DNA of 64,000 bases, from assembly GCF_046105845.1 (NCBI RefSeq), contig NZ_CP151004.1; one strand, 5' to 3'. Position numbers and translations under genes: made by a program. This DNA comes from Escherichia coli (GTDB lineage: Bacteria; Pseudomonadota; Gammaproteobacteria; Enterobacterales; Enterobacteriaceae). Shown here one piece after another: positions 23,228-36,482 of the stretch (position 1 is its first letter; every line of letters starts with the position of its first letter). Under the pieces are notes generated by a model. It was given only the letters and a program-made list of their open reading frames with translations. It was not told where the DNA came from and ran no database searches.

Positions 23228-25540
23228 ATGCCTCGCCAGTTAACAAAACGCGGCTGCTGGATAATGCTGGCAGCTGCGCCCTTTCTCCTTTTTCTTGCAG
23301 CGTGGGGAGCTGATAAACTCTGGCCTCTACCGCTGCATGAAGTCAATCCCGCACGCGTGGTTGTGGCTCAGGATGGGACGCCGCTCTGGCGCTTTGCCGA
23401 TGCGGACGGCATCTGGCGTTATCCGGTAACAATCGAAGATGTTTCTCCACGTTACCTTGAAGCGCTGATCAATTATGAAGATCGCTGGTTCTGGAAGCAT
23501 CCGGGGGTGAATCCATTCTCGGTGGCGCGCGCAGCATGGCAAGATCTCACTTCGGGAAGAGTTATTTCCGGTGGCAGCACGCTCACTATGCAGGTTGCTC
23601 GTCTGCTTGATCCTCACCCCAAAACATTTGGCGGCAAAATTCGCCAGCTCTGGCGCGCGTTGCAACTGGAGTGGCATCTGTCTAAGCGTGAAATTCTGAC
23701 CTTGTATCTTAACCGCGCTCCGTTTGGCGGTACGTTGCAGGGGATCGGTGCGGCAAGTTGGGCTTATCTCGGAAAATCGCCTGCGAATTTAAGCTATTCC
23801 GAGGCGGCAATGCTGGCGGTGTTGCCGCAAGCGCCCAGCCGACTACGCCCGGATCGCTGGCCGGAACGTGCCGAAGCCGCGCGTAATAAAGTTCTCGAAC
23901 GGATGGCCGTGCAAGGTGTGTGGTCCCGTGAGCAGGTAAAAGAGTCAAGGGAAGAACCCATCTGGCTGGCACCCCGACAAATGCCGCAATTGGCACCGCT
24001 GTTTTCGCGCATGATGCTCGGTAAAAGCAAAAGCGACAAAATCGTTACTACGCTGGATGCCGGTCTTCAACGACGTCTGGAAGAACTGGCGCAAAACTGG
24101 AAAGGACGATTACCACCGCGCAGCTCACTGGCGATGATCGTGGTTGATCATACCGATATGCGTGTTCGCGGCTGGGTGGGTTCGGTTGATCTCAACGATG
24201 ATTCACGCTTTGGTCATGTTGATATGGTCAATGCGATCCGATCGCCAGGATCGGTGCTCAAACCATTTGTTTATGGTCTGGCGCTGGATGAAGGCTTGAT
24301 CCACCCGGCATCACTGCTGCAAGACGTTCCCCGGCGCACCGGTGATTATCGACCAGGTAACTTTGATAGCGGTTTTCATGGCCCGATCAGCATGAGCGAG
24401 GCGCTGGTGCGCTCGCTGAATTTACCTGCTGTGCAGGTGCTGGAAGCCTATGGACCGAAACGGTTTGCGGCAAAATTACGCAATGTTGGATTGCCGTTGT
24501 ATCTGCCCAACGGCGCTGCGCCGAATCTTTCGCTCATTCTCGGCGGCGCTGGTGCAAAACTGGAAGATATGGCGGCAGCGTATACCGCGTTTGCTCGCCA
24601 CGGCAAGGCAGGCAAATTGCGCTTACAGCCGGGCGATCCGCTGCTTGAACGGCCTTTAATGTCGTCGGGGGCTGCGTGGATCATTCGCCGGATTATGGCT
24701 GATGAAGCGCAACCCTTGCCGGATGGTGCCTTGCCGCGCGTCGCCCCACTGGCATGGAAAACGGGCACCAGCTATGGCTATCGTGATGCCTGGGCGATTG
24801 GGGTTAACGCTCGCTATGTCATTGGGATCTGGACTGGCAGACCGGACGGCACGCCCGTTGTTGGTCAGTTTGGCTTTGCCAGCGCCGTACCATTGTTGAA
24901 TCAGGTTAATAATATCTTACTGTCGCGCAGTGCGAATCTGCCGGAAGACCCACGTCCTGACTCTGTAAGTCGTGGCGTTATCTGCTGGCCGGGCGGACAG
25001 TCTTTGCCGGAAGGTGACGGTAACTGCCGCCGCCGCCTGGCAACCTGGCTGCTGGACGGGAGTCAGCCGCCAACTCTATTACTGCCGGAGCAGGAAGGCA
25101 TTAATGGCATTCGTTTCCCCATCTGGCTGGATGAAAACGGCAAACGTGTTGCCGCTGATTGCCCTCAGGCGCGACAAGAAATGATAAATGTCTGGCCGCT
25201 ACCGCTGGAACCCTGGTTGCCCGCATCAGAACGCCGCGCTGTGCGCTTACCACCGGCCTCGACAATTTGCCCGCCATACGGTCACGATGCACAACTCCCG
25301 CTGCAGCTGACAGGCGTGCGCGATGGCGCGATTATTAAACGCTTACCGGGTGCAGCGGAAGCGACTTTGCCGTTGCAATCAAGTGGAGGGGCAGGTGAAC
25401 GCTGGTGGTTTCTGAATGGCGAACCGTTAACTGAACGCGGGCGCAACGTGACCCTGCATTTGATGGATAAAGGCGATTATCAATTGCTGGTGATGGATGA
25501 GGTGGGGCAAATCGCGACAGTGAAATTTGTCATGCAATAG
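23228..25540 (+). CDS. pbpC: penicillin-binding protein 1C (bifunctional glycosyltransferase/transpeptidase)
   Basis: 770 aa; start ATG directly abuts yfhM stop (TAAATG); glycosyltransferase and SxxK-type motifs. Confidence 0.93.
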   Translation: MPRQLTKRGCWIMLAAAPFLLFLAAWGADKLWPLPLHEVNPARVVVAQDGTPLWRFADADGIWRYPVTIEDVSPRYLEALINYEDRWFWKHPGVNPFSVARAAWQDLTSGRVISGGSTLTMQVARLLDPHPKTFGGKIRQLWRALQLEWHLSKREILTLYLNRAPFGGTLQGIGAASWAYLGKSPANLSYSEAAMLAVLPQAPSRLRPDRWPERAEAARNKVLERMAVQGVWSREQVKESREEPIWLAPRQMPQLAPLFSRMMLGKSKSDKIVTTLDAGLQRRLEELAQNWKGRLPPRSSLAMIVVDHTDMRVRGWVGSVDLNDDSRFGHVDMVNAIRSPGSVLKPFVYGLALDEGLIHPASLLQDVPRRTGDYRPGNFDSGFHGPISMSEALVRSLNLPAVQVLEAYGPKRFAAKLRNVGLPLYLPNGAAPNLSLILGGAGAKLEDMAAAYTAFARHGKAGKLRLQPGDPLLERPLMSSGAAWIIRRIMADEAQPLPDGALPRVAPLAWKTGTSYGYRDAWAIGVNARYVIGIWTGRPDGTPVVGQFGFASAVPLLNQVNNILLSRSANLPEDPRPDSVSRGVICWPGGQSLPEGDGNCRRRLATWLLDGSQPPTLLLPEQEGINGIRFPIWLDENGKRVAADCPQARQEMINVWPLPLEPWLPASERRAVRLPPASTICPPYGHDAQLPLQLTGVRDGAIIKRLPGAAEATLPLQSSGGAGERWWFLNGEPLTERGRNVTLHLMDKGDYQLLVMDEVGQIATVKFVMQ

Positions 25541-25688
25541 TCTGTTTTGTCCCTGATTGTTGCTTAAACTAGGTTTATTTTAAAAAAATGTTACCTTCAT
25601 CAATAGTCAACGGCCCTGTTGCTCATTATAATCCGCGCCATCTCGTACGCTGGTACAGACAACAACAGAACAATTTACAGAGGTAAAA

Positions 25689-26120
25689 ATGGCTATTGAA
25701 CGTACTTTTTCCATCATCAAACCGAACGCGGTAGCAAAAAACGTCATTGGTAATATCTTTGCGCGCTTTGAAGCTGCAGGGTTCAAAATTGTCGGCACCA
25801 AAATGCTGCACCTGACCGTTGAACAGGCTCGTGGCTTTTATGCTGAACACGATGGAAAACCGTTCTTTGATGGTCTGGTTGAATTCATGACCTCTGGCCC
25901 GATCGTGGTTTCCGTGCTGGAAGGTGAAAACGCCGTTCAGCGTCACCGCGATCTGCTGGGCGCGACCAATCCGGCAAATGCACTGGCCGGTACTCTGCGC
26001 GCTGATTACGCTGACAGCCTGACCGAAAACGGTACCCACGGTTCTGATTCCGTCGAATCTGCCGCTCGCGAAATCGCTTATTTCTTCGGCGAAGGCGAAG
26101 TGTGCCCGCGCACCCGTTAA
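25689..26120 (+). CDS. ndk: nucleoside diphosphate kinase
   Basis: 143 aa; NIIHGSD-type active-site region (NGTHGSDS). Confidence 0.96.
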
Positions 26121-26180
26121 TAATTTCGTAAATGCCGCGTGCAAACGTGGCATCCATGCGCCAGAATTTGTACAATGCAG

Positions 26181-26222
26181 CGCCCCCGGACGAGCAGCCG
26201 CTCACCGGGGCGTTTCTTTTTT
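26181..26222 (+). terminator. candidate intrinsic terminator downstream of ndk
   Basis: CCCCGG...CCGGGG stem followed by TTTCTTTTTT. Confidence 0.5.
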
Positions 26223-26269
26223 CAACCCTCCAGGGGCCATAACGTGTAATAACGAGGCCGGAATAGCAT

Positions 26270-27424
26270 ATGTCTGAACAATTAGTCACACCTGAAAACG
26301 TCACCACGAAAGATGGAAAAATCAACCTGCTGGATCTCAACCGTCAGCAGATGCGGGAGTTTTTTAAAGATTTAGGTGAAAAACCCTTCCGCGCCGATCA
26401 GGTGATGAAGTGGATGTATCACTATTGCTGCGACAACTTTGATGAGATGACCGACATCAATAAAGTGTTGCGCGGCAAACTGAAAGAGGTGGCGGAAATC
26501 CGTGCACCGGAAGTGGTTGAAGAACAGCGTTCATCTGACGGCACCATTAAATGGGCGATCGCCGTTGGCGATCAGCGCGTTGAAACGGTGTATATCCCGG
26601 AAGACGACCGTGCCACGCTCTGCGTCTCTTCGCAGGTAGGGTGTGCGCTGGAGTGTAAATTCTGTTCCACCGCCCAGCAGGGCTTTAACCGCAACCTGCG
26701 GGTATCGGAAATTATCGGCCAGGTGTGGCGTGCGGCGAAAATTGTCGGCGCAGCAAAAGTCACCGGTCAGCGCCCAATCACTAACGTAGTGATGATGGGC
26801 ATGGGCGAGCCGCTGCTCAACCTGAACAATGTCGTTCCGGCGATGGAAATCATGTTGGATGACTTTGGCTTTGGTCTGTCTAAACGTCGCGTGACGCTTT
26901 CCACTTCCGGTGTAGTTCCGGCGCTGGATAAACTGGGCGATATGATCGACGTTGCACTGGCAATTTCCCTGCACGCGCCGAACGATGAAATTCGTGACGA
27001 AATTGTGCCGATCAACAAAAAGTACAATATCGAAACGTTCCTTGCTGCGGTGCGCCGTTATCTGGAGAAATCCAACGCCAATCAGGGCCGAGTCACTATT
27101 GAATACGTGATGCTTGACCACGTTAACGACGGCACTGAACACGCGCACCAACTGGCGGAGCTACTGAAAGATACGCCGTGTAAGATCAACCTGATCCCGT
27201 GGAACCCGTTCCCTGGCGCGCCGTATGGACGCAGTTCGAACAGCCGTATCGACCGTTTCTCAAAAGTGCTGATGAGCTACGGTTTCACCACTATTGTGCG
27301 TAAAACTCGTGGTGATGATATCGATGCTGCCTGTGGACAGTTGGCGGGCGATGTTATCGACCGTACGAAACGTACTCTGCGTAAACGGATGCAGGGTGAA
27401 GCCATCGACATTAAAGCGGTCTGA
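26270..27424 (+). CDS. rlmN: 23S rRNA m2A2503 / tRNA methyltransferase (radical SAM)
   Basis: 384 aa; radical SAM CxxxCxxC (CALECKFCS). Confidence 0.95.
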
Positions 27425-27430
27425 TAGCCA

Positions 27431-27470
27431 TTACGCCACGGTTACTTTATGTACCGTGGCGTAATCTTTT
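27431..27470 (+). terminator. intrinsic terminator downstream of rlmN
   Basis: 12-bp stem TTACGCCACGGT / ACCGTGGCGTAA followed by TCTTTT. Confidence 0.7.
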
Positions 27471-27708
27471 ATGAATGAAGTATTAAGTTGCAATTGTCTG
27501 GTCAATATTAACGGTGCGTTTTTGCTGACTTTAAGGCAGTATGTAACGATGCAACAGTAAGTTAGCCTTAGTGAATGTGGGCTTTGTCACGAGCACACAG
27601 ACGGTCTTATACTGTATGATAACGGTTAACTTAACGGATGTTTCGCGGTGTGGGTGAGCATGATGGTTCACCGGCATCTCAATTCTCATTTAAACGTACC
27701 TGCAGCGA

Positions 27709-28722
27709 ATGAATACTGAAGCCACGCACGACCAAAATGAAGCACTTACTACCGGCGCTCGCCTGCGTAATGCTCGCGAACAACTAGGACTTAGTCAGCA
27801 GGCCGTTGCCGAGCGACTTTGCCTGAAGGTTTCCACGGTACGCGACATTGAAGAAGATAAGGCACCCGCCGATCTTGCTTCAACATTCCTGCGCGGATAT
27901 ATCCGCTCTTATGCGCGTCTGGTACATATTCCAGAAGAAGAACTGCTGCCAGGGCTGGAAAAGCAGGCTCCACTACGGGCTGCAAAAGTTGCGCCGATGC
28001 AGAGTTTTTCCCTCGGTAAACGCCGCAAAAAACGCGACGGCTGGCTGATGACCTTCACCTGGCTGGTGTTGTTTGTTGTCATTGGCCTGAGCGGTGCCTG
28101 GTGGTGGCAAGACCACAAAGCTCAGCAGGAAGAGATCACCACTATGGCCGATCAATCTTCGGCGGAACTGAGCAGTAATAGCGAGCAGGGGCAGAGTGTT
28201 CCGTTAAATACGTCGACAACTACAGACCCGGCTACAACGTCCACGCCGCCAGCGTCTGTGGATACTACCGCAACCAACACGCAAACACCTGCCGTAACTG
28301 CGCCAGCACCAGCTGTTGATCCGCAACAGAATGCGGTTGTTTCACCTTCACAGGCAAATGTTGATACTGCTGCGACCCCGGCACCAACGGCAACAATAAC
28401 GCCAGATGGTGCTGCGCCGTTGCCAACCGATCAGGCAGGCGTGACTACGCCGGCGGCTGATCCGAATGCGCTGGTGATGAACTTTACTGCCGATTGCTGG
28501 CTGGAGGTCACTGATGCTACCGGTAAAAAACTGTTTAGCGGGATGCAGCGTAAAGACGGTAATTTGAATTTAACCGGCCAGGCACCGTATAAACTGAAAA
28601 TTGGTGCGCCAGCCGCAGTACAGATCCAGTATCAAGGGAAACCTGTCGATCTGAGTCGTTTTATCAGAACTAACCAGGTTGCGCGTCTGACCCTCAATGC
28701 CGAACAATCACCGGCGCAGTAA
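27709..28722 (+). CDS. rodZ: cytoskeleton protein RodZ
   Basis: 337 aa; N-terminal HTH, single TM, Thr/Pro/Ala-rich periplasmic linker. Confidence 0.93.
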   Translation: MNTEATHDQNEALTTGARLRNAREQLGLSQQAVAERLCLKVSTVRDIEEDKAPADLASTFLRGYIRSYARLVHIPEEELLPGLEKQAPLRAAKVAPMQSFSLGKRRKKRDGWLMTFTWLVLFVVIGLSGAWWWQDHKAQQEEITTMADQSSAELSSNSEQGQSVPLNTSTTTDPATTSTPPASVDTTATNTQTPAVTAPAPAVDPQQNAVVSPSQANVDTAATPAPTATITPDGAAPLPTDQAGVTTPAADPNALVMNFTADCWLEVTDATGKKLFSGMQRKDGNLNLTGQAPYKLKIGAPAAVQIQYQGKPVDLSRFIRTNQVARLTLNAEQSPAQ

Positions 28723-28748
28723 CAGACGGGTAACGCGGGAGATTTTTC

Positions 28749-29867
28749 ATGCATAACCAGGCTCCAATTCAACGTAGAAAATCAACACGTATTTACGTTG
28801 GGAATGTGCCGATTGGCGATGGTGCTCCCATCGCCGTACAGTCCATGACCAATACGCGCACGACAGACGTCGAAGCAACGGTCAATCAAATCAAGGCGTT
28901 GGAACGTGTTGGCGCTGATATCGTCCGTGTCTCCGTACCGACGATGGACGCGGCAGAAGCGTTCAAACTCATCAAACAGCAGGTTAACGTGCCGCTGGTG
29001 GCTGACATCCATTTCGACTATCGCATTGCGCTGAAAGTAGCGGAATACGGCGTCGATTGTCTGCGTATTAACCCTGGCAATATCGGTAATGAAGAGCGTA
29101 TTCGCATGGTGGTTGACTGTGCGCGCGATAAAAACATTCCGATCCGTATTGGCGTTAACGCCGGATCGCTGGAAAAAGATCTGCAAGAAAAGTATGGCGA
29201 ACCGACGCCGCAGGCGTTGCTGGAATCCGCCATGCGTCATGTTGATCATCTCGATCGCCTGAACTTCGATCAGTTCAAAGTCAGCGTGAAAGCGTCAGAC
29301 GTCTTCCTCGCTGTTGAGTCTTATCGTTTGCTGGCAAAACAGATCGATCAGCCGCTGCATCTGGGGATCACCGAAGCGGGTGGTGCGCGCAGCGGGGCGG
29401 TTAAATCCGCCATTGGTTTAGGTCTGCTGCTGTCTGAAGGCATCGGCGACACGCTGCGCGTATCGCTGGCGGCCGATCCGGTCGAAGAGATCAAAGTCGG
29501 TTTCGATATTTTGAAATCGCTGCGTATCCGTTCGCGAGGGATCAACTTCATCGCCTGCCCGACCTGTTCGCGTCAGGAATTTGATGTTATCGGTACGGTT
29601 AACGCGCTGGAGCAACGCCTGGAAGATATCATCACTCCAATGGACGTTTCGATTATCGGCTGCGTGGTGAATGGCCCAGGTGAGGCGCTGGTTTCTACAC
29701 TCGGCGTCACCGGCGGCAACAAGAAAAGCGGCCTCTATGAAGATGGCGTGCGCAAAGACCGTCTGGACAACAACGATATGATCGACCAGCTGGAAGCACG
29801 CATTCGTGCGAAAGCCAGTCAGCTGGACGAAGCGCGTCGAATTGACGTTCAGCAGGTTGAAAAATAA
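28749..29867 (+). CDS. ispG: 4-hydroxy-3-methylbut-2-en-1-yl diphosphate synthase
   Basis: 372 aa; [4Fe-4S] Cys ligands (CPTCSR ... GCVVNGPGE). Confidence 0.95.
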
Positions 29868-29977
29868 TAACGTGATGGGAAGCGCCTCGCTTCCCGTGTA
29901 TGATTGAACCCGCATGGCTCCCGAAACATTGAGGGAAGCGTTGAGGGTTCATTTTTATATTCAGAAAGAGAATAAAC

Positions 29978-31252
29978 GTGGCAAAAAACATTCAAGCCAT
30001 TCGCGGCATGAACGATTACCTGCCTGGCGAAACGGCCATCTGGCAGCGCATTGAAGGCACACTGAAAAACGTGCTCGGCAGCTACGGTTACAGTGAAATC
30101 CGCTTGCCGATTGTAGAGCAGACCCCGCTATTCAAACGTGCGATTGGTGAAGTCACCGACGTGGTTGAAAAAGAGATGTACACCTTTGAGGATCGCAATG
30201 GCGACAGCCTGACTCTGCGCCCTGAAGGGACGGCGGGCTGTGTACGCGCCGGCATCGAGCATGGTCTTCTGTACAATCAGGAACAGCGTCTGTGGTATAT
30301 CGGGCCGATGTTCCGTCACGAGCGTCCGCAGAAAGGACGTTATCGTCAGTTCCATCAGTTGGGCTGCGAAGTTTTCGGTCTGCAAGGTCCGGATATCGAC
30401 GCTGAACTGATTATGCTCACTGCCCGCTGGTGGCGCGCGCTGGGTATTTCCGAGCACGTAACACTTGAGCTGAACTCTATCGGTTCGCTGGAAGCTCGTG
30501 CGAATTACCGCGATGCGCTGGTGGCATTCCTTGAGCAGCATAAAGAAAAGCTGGACGAAGACTGCAAACGCCGCATGTACACTAACCCGCTGCGCGTGCT
30601 GGATTCAAAAAATCCGGAAGTGCAGGCGCTTCTCAACGATGCTCCGGCATTAGGCGATTATCTGGACGAGGAATCTCGTGAGCATTTTGCCGGTCTGTGC
30701 AAACTGCTTGAGAGCGCGGGGATCGCTTACACCGTAAACCAGCGTCTGGTGCGTGGTCTGGATTACTATAACCGTACCGTTTTCGAGTGGGTGACTAACA
30801 GCCTCGGCTCTCAGGGCACCGTGTGTGCAGGCGGTCGTTATGACGGTCTGGTGGAACAACTGGGCGGTCGTGCAACACCGGCTGTCGGTTTTGCGATGGG
30901 CCTCGAACGTCTTGTATTGTTAGTACAGGCCGTTAATCCGGAATTTAAAGCCGATCCTGTTGTCGATATATACCTGGTGGCTTCAGGTGCTGATACACAA
31001 TCTGCGGCTATGGCATTAGCAGAGCGTCTGCGTGATGAATTACCGGGCGTGAAACTGATGACCAACCACGGCGGCGGCAACTTTAAGAAACAGTTTGCCC
31101 GTGCTGATAAATGGGGTGCCCGCGTTGCTGTGGTGCTGGGTGAGTCTGAAGTGGCTAACGGCACAGCAGTAGTGAAGGATTTGCGCTCTGGTGAGCAAAC
31201 GGCAGTCGCGCAGGATAGCGTAGCCGCGCATTTGCGCACGTTACTGGGTTAA
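29978..31252 (+). CDS. hisS: histidine-tRNA ligase
   Basis: 424 aa; GTG start; class II aaRS motifs. Confidence 0.95.
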
Positions 31253-31269
31253 GGAAGGAGAAGGACAGC

Positions 31270-31890
31270 GTGGAAATTTACGAGAACGAAAACGACCAGG
31301 TTGAAGCGGTTAAACGCTTTTTTGCTGAAAATGGCAAAGCACTGGCTGTTGGGGTGATTTTGGGCGTTGGTGCACTGATTGGCTGGCGCTACTGGAACAG
31401 CCATCAGGTTGATTCTGCACGCTCCGCTTCTCTTGCCTATCAAAATGCGGTTACCGCAGTGAGCGAAGGCAAACCGGATAGCATTCCGGCGGCGGAAAAA
31501 TTTGCTGCTGAAAATAAAAATACTTATGGTGCGCTGGCTTCTTTGGAACTTGCGCAGCAATTTGTTGACAAAAATGAACTAGAGAAAGCTGCCGCCCAGT
31601 TACAACAGGGGCTGGCAGACACGAGCGATGAAAATCTCAAAGCCGTGATAAATCTGCGTCTTGCTCGCGTTCAGGTTCAGCTCAAGCAGGCTGATGCCGC
31701 GCTGAAAACCCTTGATACCATCAAAGGTGAAGGGTGGGCTGCCATTGTTGCCGACCTGCGTGGTGAAGCATTGCTGAGCAAAGGTGATAAGCAAGGTGCG
31801 CGTAGTGCATGGGAAGCAGGCGTGAAAAGCGATGTTACCCCGGCACTGAGCGAAATGATGCAGATGAAAATTAATAATTTGTCCATCTGA
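31270..31890 (+). CDS. yfgM: membrane-anchored TPR-like protein YfgM
   Basis: 206 aa; GTG start; N-terminal TM; synteny hisS-yfgM-bamB. Confidence 0.9.
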   Translation: MEIYENENDQVEAVKRFFAENGKALAVGVILGVGALIGWRYWNSHQVDSARSASLAYQNAVTAVSEGKPDSIPAAEKFAAENKNTYGALASLELAQQFVDKNELEKAAAQLQQGLADTSDENLKAVINLRLARVQVQLKQADAALKTLDTIKGEGWAAIVADLRGEALLSKGDKQGARSAWEAGVKSDVTPALSEMMQMKINNLSI

Positions 31891-31900
31891 GAGGGACCCG

Positions 31901-33079
31901 ATGCAATTGCGTAAATTACTGCTGCCAGGACTGCTTTCCGTTACCCTTTTAAGCGGCTGTTCGCTGTTTAACAGCGAAGAAGATGTGGTAAAGATGTCCC
32001 CATTGCCAACCGTTGAAAACCAGTTTACGCCGACCACGGCGTGGAGTACTTCCGTTGGTAGCGGCATTGGCAACTTCTATTCCAATCTTCATCCGGCACT
32101 GGCGGACAACGTTGTCTATGCAGCGGACCGCGCTGGTTTAGTAAAAGCGCTGAATGCGGATGATGGCAAAGAAATCTGGTCTGTCAGCCTGGCCGAGAAA
32201 GATGGCTGGTTCTCTAAAGAGCCTGCATTACTTTCTGGCGGCGTGACCGTGTCTGGCGGGCATGTCTACATTGGCAGTGAAAAGGCGCAGGTTTACGCGC
32301 TGAATACCAGCGATGGTACTGTGGCATGGCAAACTAAAGTCGCGGGTGAAGCACTTTCGCGTCCGGTGGTCAGCGACGGTCTGGTGTTAATCCACACCAG
32401 TAACGGTCAGTTACAAGCGCTGAACGAAGCTGACGGCGCTGTCAAATGGACAGTTAACCTCGATATGCCTTCGCTCTCTTTGCGTGGCGAGTCTGCGCCA
32501 GCAACGGCTTTTGGTGCGGCTGTCGTGGGTGGCGATAATGGTCGCGTCAGCGCAGTGCTGATGGAACAGGGCCAGATGATTTGGCAGCAGCGTATTTCCC
32601 AGGCGACCGGTTCTACCGAAATTGACCGTCTGAGCGATGTTGACACGACTCCCGTCGTTGTTAACGGCGTTGTTTTCGCGCTGGCCTATAATGGTAACCT
32701 GACGGCGCTTGATCTGCGCAGTGGTCAGATTATGTGGAAACGCGAACTGGGTTCGGTGAATGATTTCATCGTCGACGGCAATCGCATCTATCTGGTCGAT
32801 CAAAATGACCGGGTGATGGCGTTGACCATTGATGGCGGCGTTACGCTGTGGACACAAAGCGATCTGTTGCATCGCCTGCTGACTTCTCCGGTGCTGTATA
32901 ATGGCAACCTGGTGGTAGGTGACAGTGAAGGTTATCTGCACTGGATTAACGTCGAAGATGGTCGTTTCGTTGCCCAGCAAAAAGTTGATAGTTCCGGTTT
33001 CCAGACTGAACCGGTTGCCGCTGACGGCAAACTGCTGATCCAGGCAAAAGACGGAACCGTGTACTCTATTACACGTTAA
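31901..33079 (+). CDS. bamB: outer membrane protein assembly factor BamB (PQQ beta-propeller lipoprotein)
   Basis: 392 aa; lipobox LSGC; repeated propeller blades. Confidence 0.95.
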   Translation: MQLRKLLLPGLLSVTLLSGCSLFNSEEDVVKMSPLPTVENQFTPTTAWSTSVGSGIGNFYSNLHPALADNVVYAADRAGLVKALNADDGKEIWSVSLAEKDGWFSKEPALLSGGVTVSGGHVYIGSEKAQVYALNTSDGTVAWQTKVAGEALSRPVVSDGLVLIHTSNGQLQALNEADGAVKWTVNLDMPSLSLRGESAPATAFGAAVVGGDNGRVSAVLMEQGQMIWQQRISQATGSTEIDRLSDVDTTPVVVNGVVFALAYNGNLTALDLRSGQIMWKRELGSVNDFIVDGNRIYLVDQNDRVMALTIDGGVTLWTQSDLLHRLLTSPVLYNGNLVVGDSEGYLHWINVEDGRFVAQQKVDSSGFQTEPVAADGKLLIQAKDGTVYSITR

Positions 33080-33100
33080 TCGTCTCTGTCGTTCACTTTG

Positions 33101-33137
33101 AAAACGGCTCCTGGACAGGGGCCGTTTTCCTGTTTTT
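33101..33137 (+). terminator. intrinsic terminator downstream of bamB
   Basis: AAAACGGC...GCCGTTTT 8-bp stem then CCTGTTTTT. Confidence 0.65.
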
Positions 33138-33196
33138 AACAACGACACGAATATAGCGTGCGTTGTCTGATGATTTATAAAAATGAGGCTTTAAAC

Positions 33197-34669
33197 ATGG
33201 TACCTGTGGTCGCGCTTGTCGGGCGCCCTAACGTAGGAAAATCCACGTTATTTAACCGTCTAACTCGCACCCGAGATGCGCTGGTTGCGGATTTCCCGGG
33301 TCTGACTCGTGACCGTAAGTACGGTCGTGCAGAAATTGAAGGCCGTGAGTTTATCTGCATTGATACCGGCGGGATTGATGGTACAGAAGACGGTGTAGAA
33401 ACCCGTATGGCGGAACAGTCGCTGCTGGCGATTGAAGAAGCGGACGTCGTACTGTTTATGGTGGATGCGCGCGCGGGCCTGATGCCGGCGGATGAAGCGA
33501 TTGCCAAACATCTGCGCTCCCGTGAAAAACCGACCTTCCTGGTGGCAAACAAAACTGACGGTCTGGATCCCGATCAGGCAGTGGTTGATTTCTACTCGCT
33601 TGGTTTAGGTGAAATCTACCCGATCGCCGCGTCTCACGGTCGTGGCGTATTAAGTCTGCTGGAGCACGTGCTGCTGCCGTGGATGGAAGATCTCGCACCG
33701 CAAGAAGAAGTCGACGAAGACGCTGAATACTGGGCGCAATTTGAAGCGGAAGAGAACGGCGAAGAAGAAGAGGAAGACGACTTCGACCCGCAAAGTCTGC
33801 CAATCAAACTGGCGATTGTGGGTCGTCCGAACGTAGGTAAGTCTACACTCACTAACCGTATTCTTGGTGAAGAGCGCGTTGTTGTTTACGACATGCCTGG
33901 CACTACGCGTGACAGTATCTACATTCCAATGGAACGCGACGGACGTGAGTATGTGCTCATTGACACCGCTGGCGTACGTAAACGCGGCAAAATCACCGAT
34001 GCTGTAGAGAAGTTCTCGGTAATCAAAACGTTGCAGGCCATTGAAGATGCCAACGTGGTGATGTTGGTGATTGATGCGCGCGAAGGTATTTCCGATCAGG
34101 ATCTCTCCCTGCTGGGCTTTATTCTCAATAGTGGGCGCTCACTTGTCATTGTAGTGAATAAGTGGGATGGCCTGAGCCAGGAAGTGAAAGAGCAGGTGAA
34201 AGAAACGCTGGACTTCCGTCTGGGCTTTATCGATTTTGCTCGTGTGCACTTTATCTCAGCCTTGCACGGCAGTGGTGTTGGTAATCTGTTTGAATCAGTA
34301 CGTGAAGCGTATGACAGCTCCACCCGTCGTGTGGGGACCTCTATGCTGACGCGCATCATGACGATGGCTGTTGAAGATCACCAGCCGCCGCTGGTACGTG
34401 GTCGTCGTGTGAAGCTGAAATATGCCCACGCTGGTGGTTATAACCCGCCGATTGTGGTGATTCACGGTAACCAGGTGAAAGACCTGCCTGATTCCTACAA
34501 GCGTTACTTGATGAACTACTTCCGCAAATCGCTGGACGTAATGGGATCGCCGATTCGTATTCAGTTCAAAGAAGGGGAAAACCCGTATGCGAACAAGCGT
34601 AACACCCTGACGCCAACCCAGATGCGTAAACGTAAGCGTCTGATGAAGCACATCAAGAAAAATAAATAA
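33197..34669 (+). CDS. der: ribosome-associated GTPase Der (EngA), tandem GTPase domains
   Basis: Start at [16 protein letters not shown] (490 aa); two P-loops GRPNVGKS. Confidence 0.95.
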
Positions 34670-34738
34670 TTATCCGTAAGTATTTTATCTGCCATTCCCT
34701 CTATGAATGTAGAGGGAATGGCTACCGGAGGAATTCAT

Positions 34739-36351
<1,613 letters not shown>

Positions 36352-36389
36352 TTATTCAGTCGATAGTAACCCGCCCTTCGGGGATAGCA

Positions 36390-36440
36390 AGCATTTTTTG
36401 CAAAAAGGGGTAGATGCAATCGGTTACGCTCTGTATAATG
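36390..36440 (+). promoter_or_regulatory. guaBA promoter (UP-element-like A/T tract plus -10 TATAAT)
   Basis: TATAAT at 36434-36439 preceded by GCATTTTTTGCAAAAA A/T-rich tract; ~45 nt upstream of guaB start. Confidence 0.6.
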
Positions 36441-36482
36441 CCGCGGCAATATTTATTAACCACTCTGGTCGAGATATTGCCC

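Noticed and set aside
28180-28440. Thr/Pro/Ala-rich low-complexity region in rodZ
   Set aside because: Characteristic periplasmic linker of RodZ, in frame and uninterrupted.
33730-33790. Acidic low-complexity tract in der ([12 protein letters not shown])
   Set aside because: Known interdomain linker of Der/EngA; not a repeat expansion or a mobile element.
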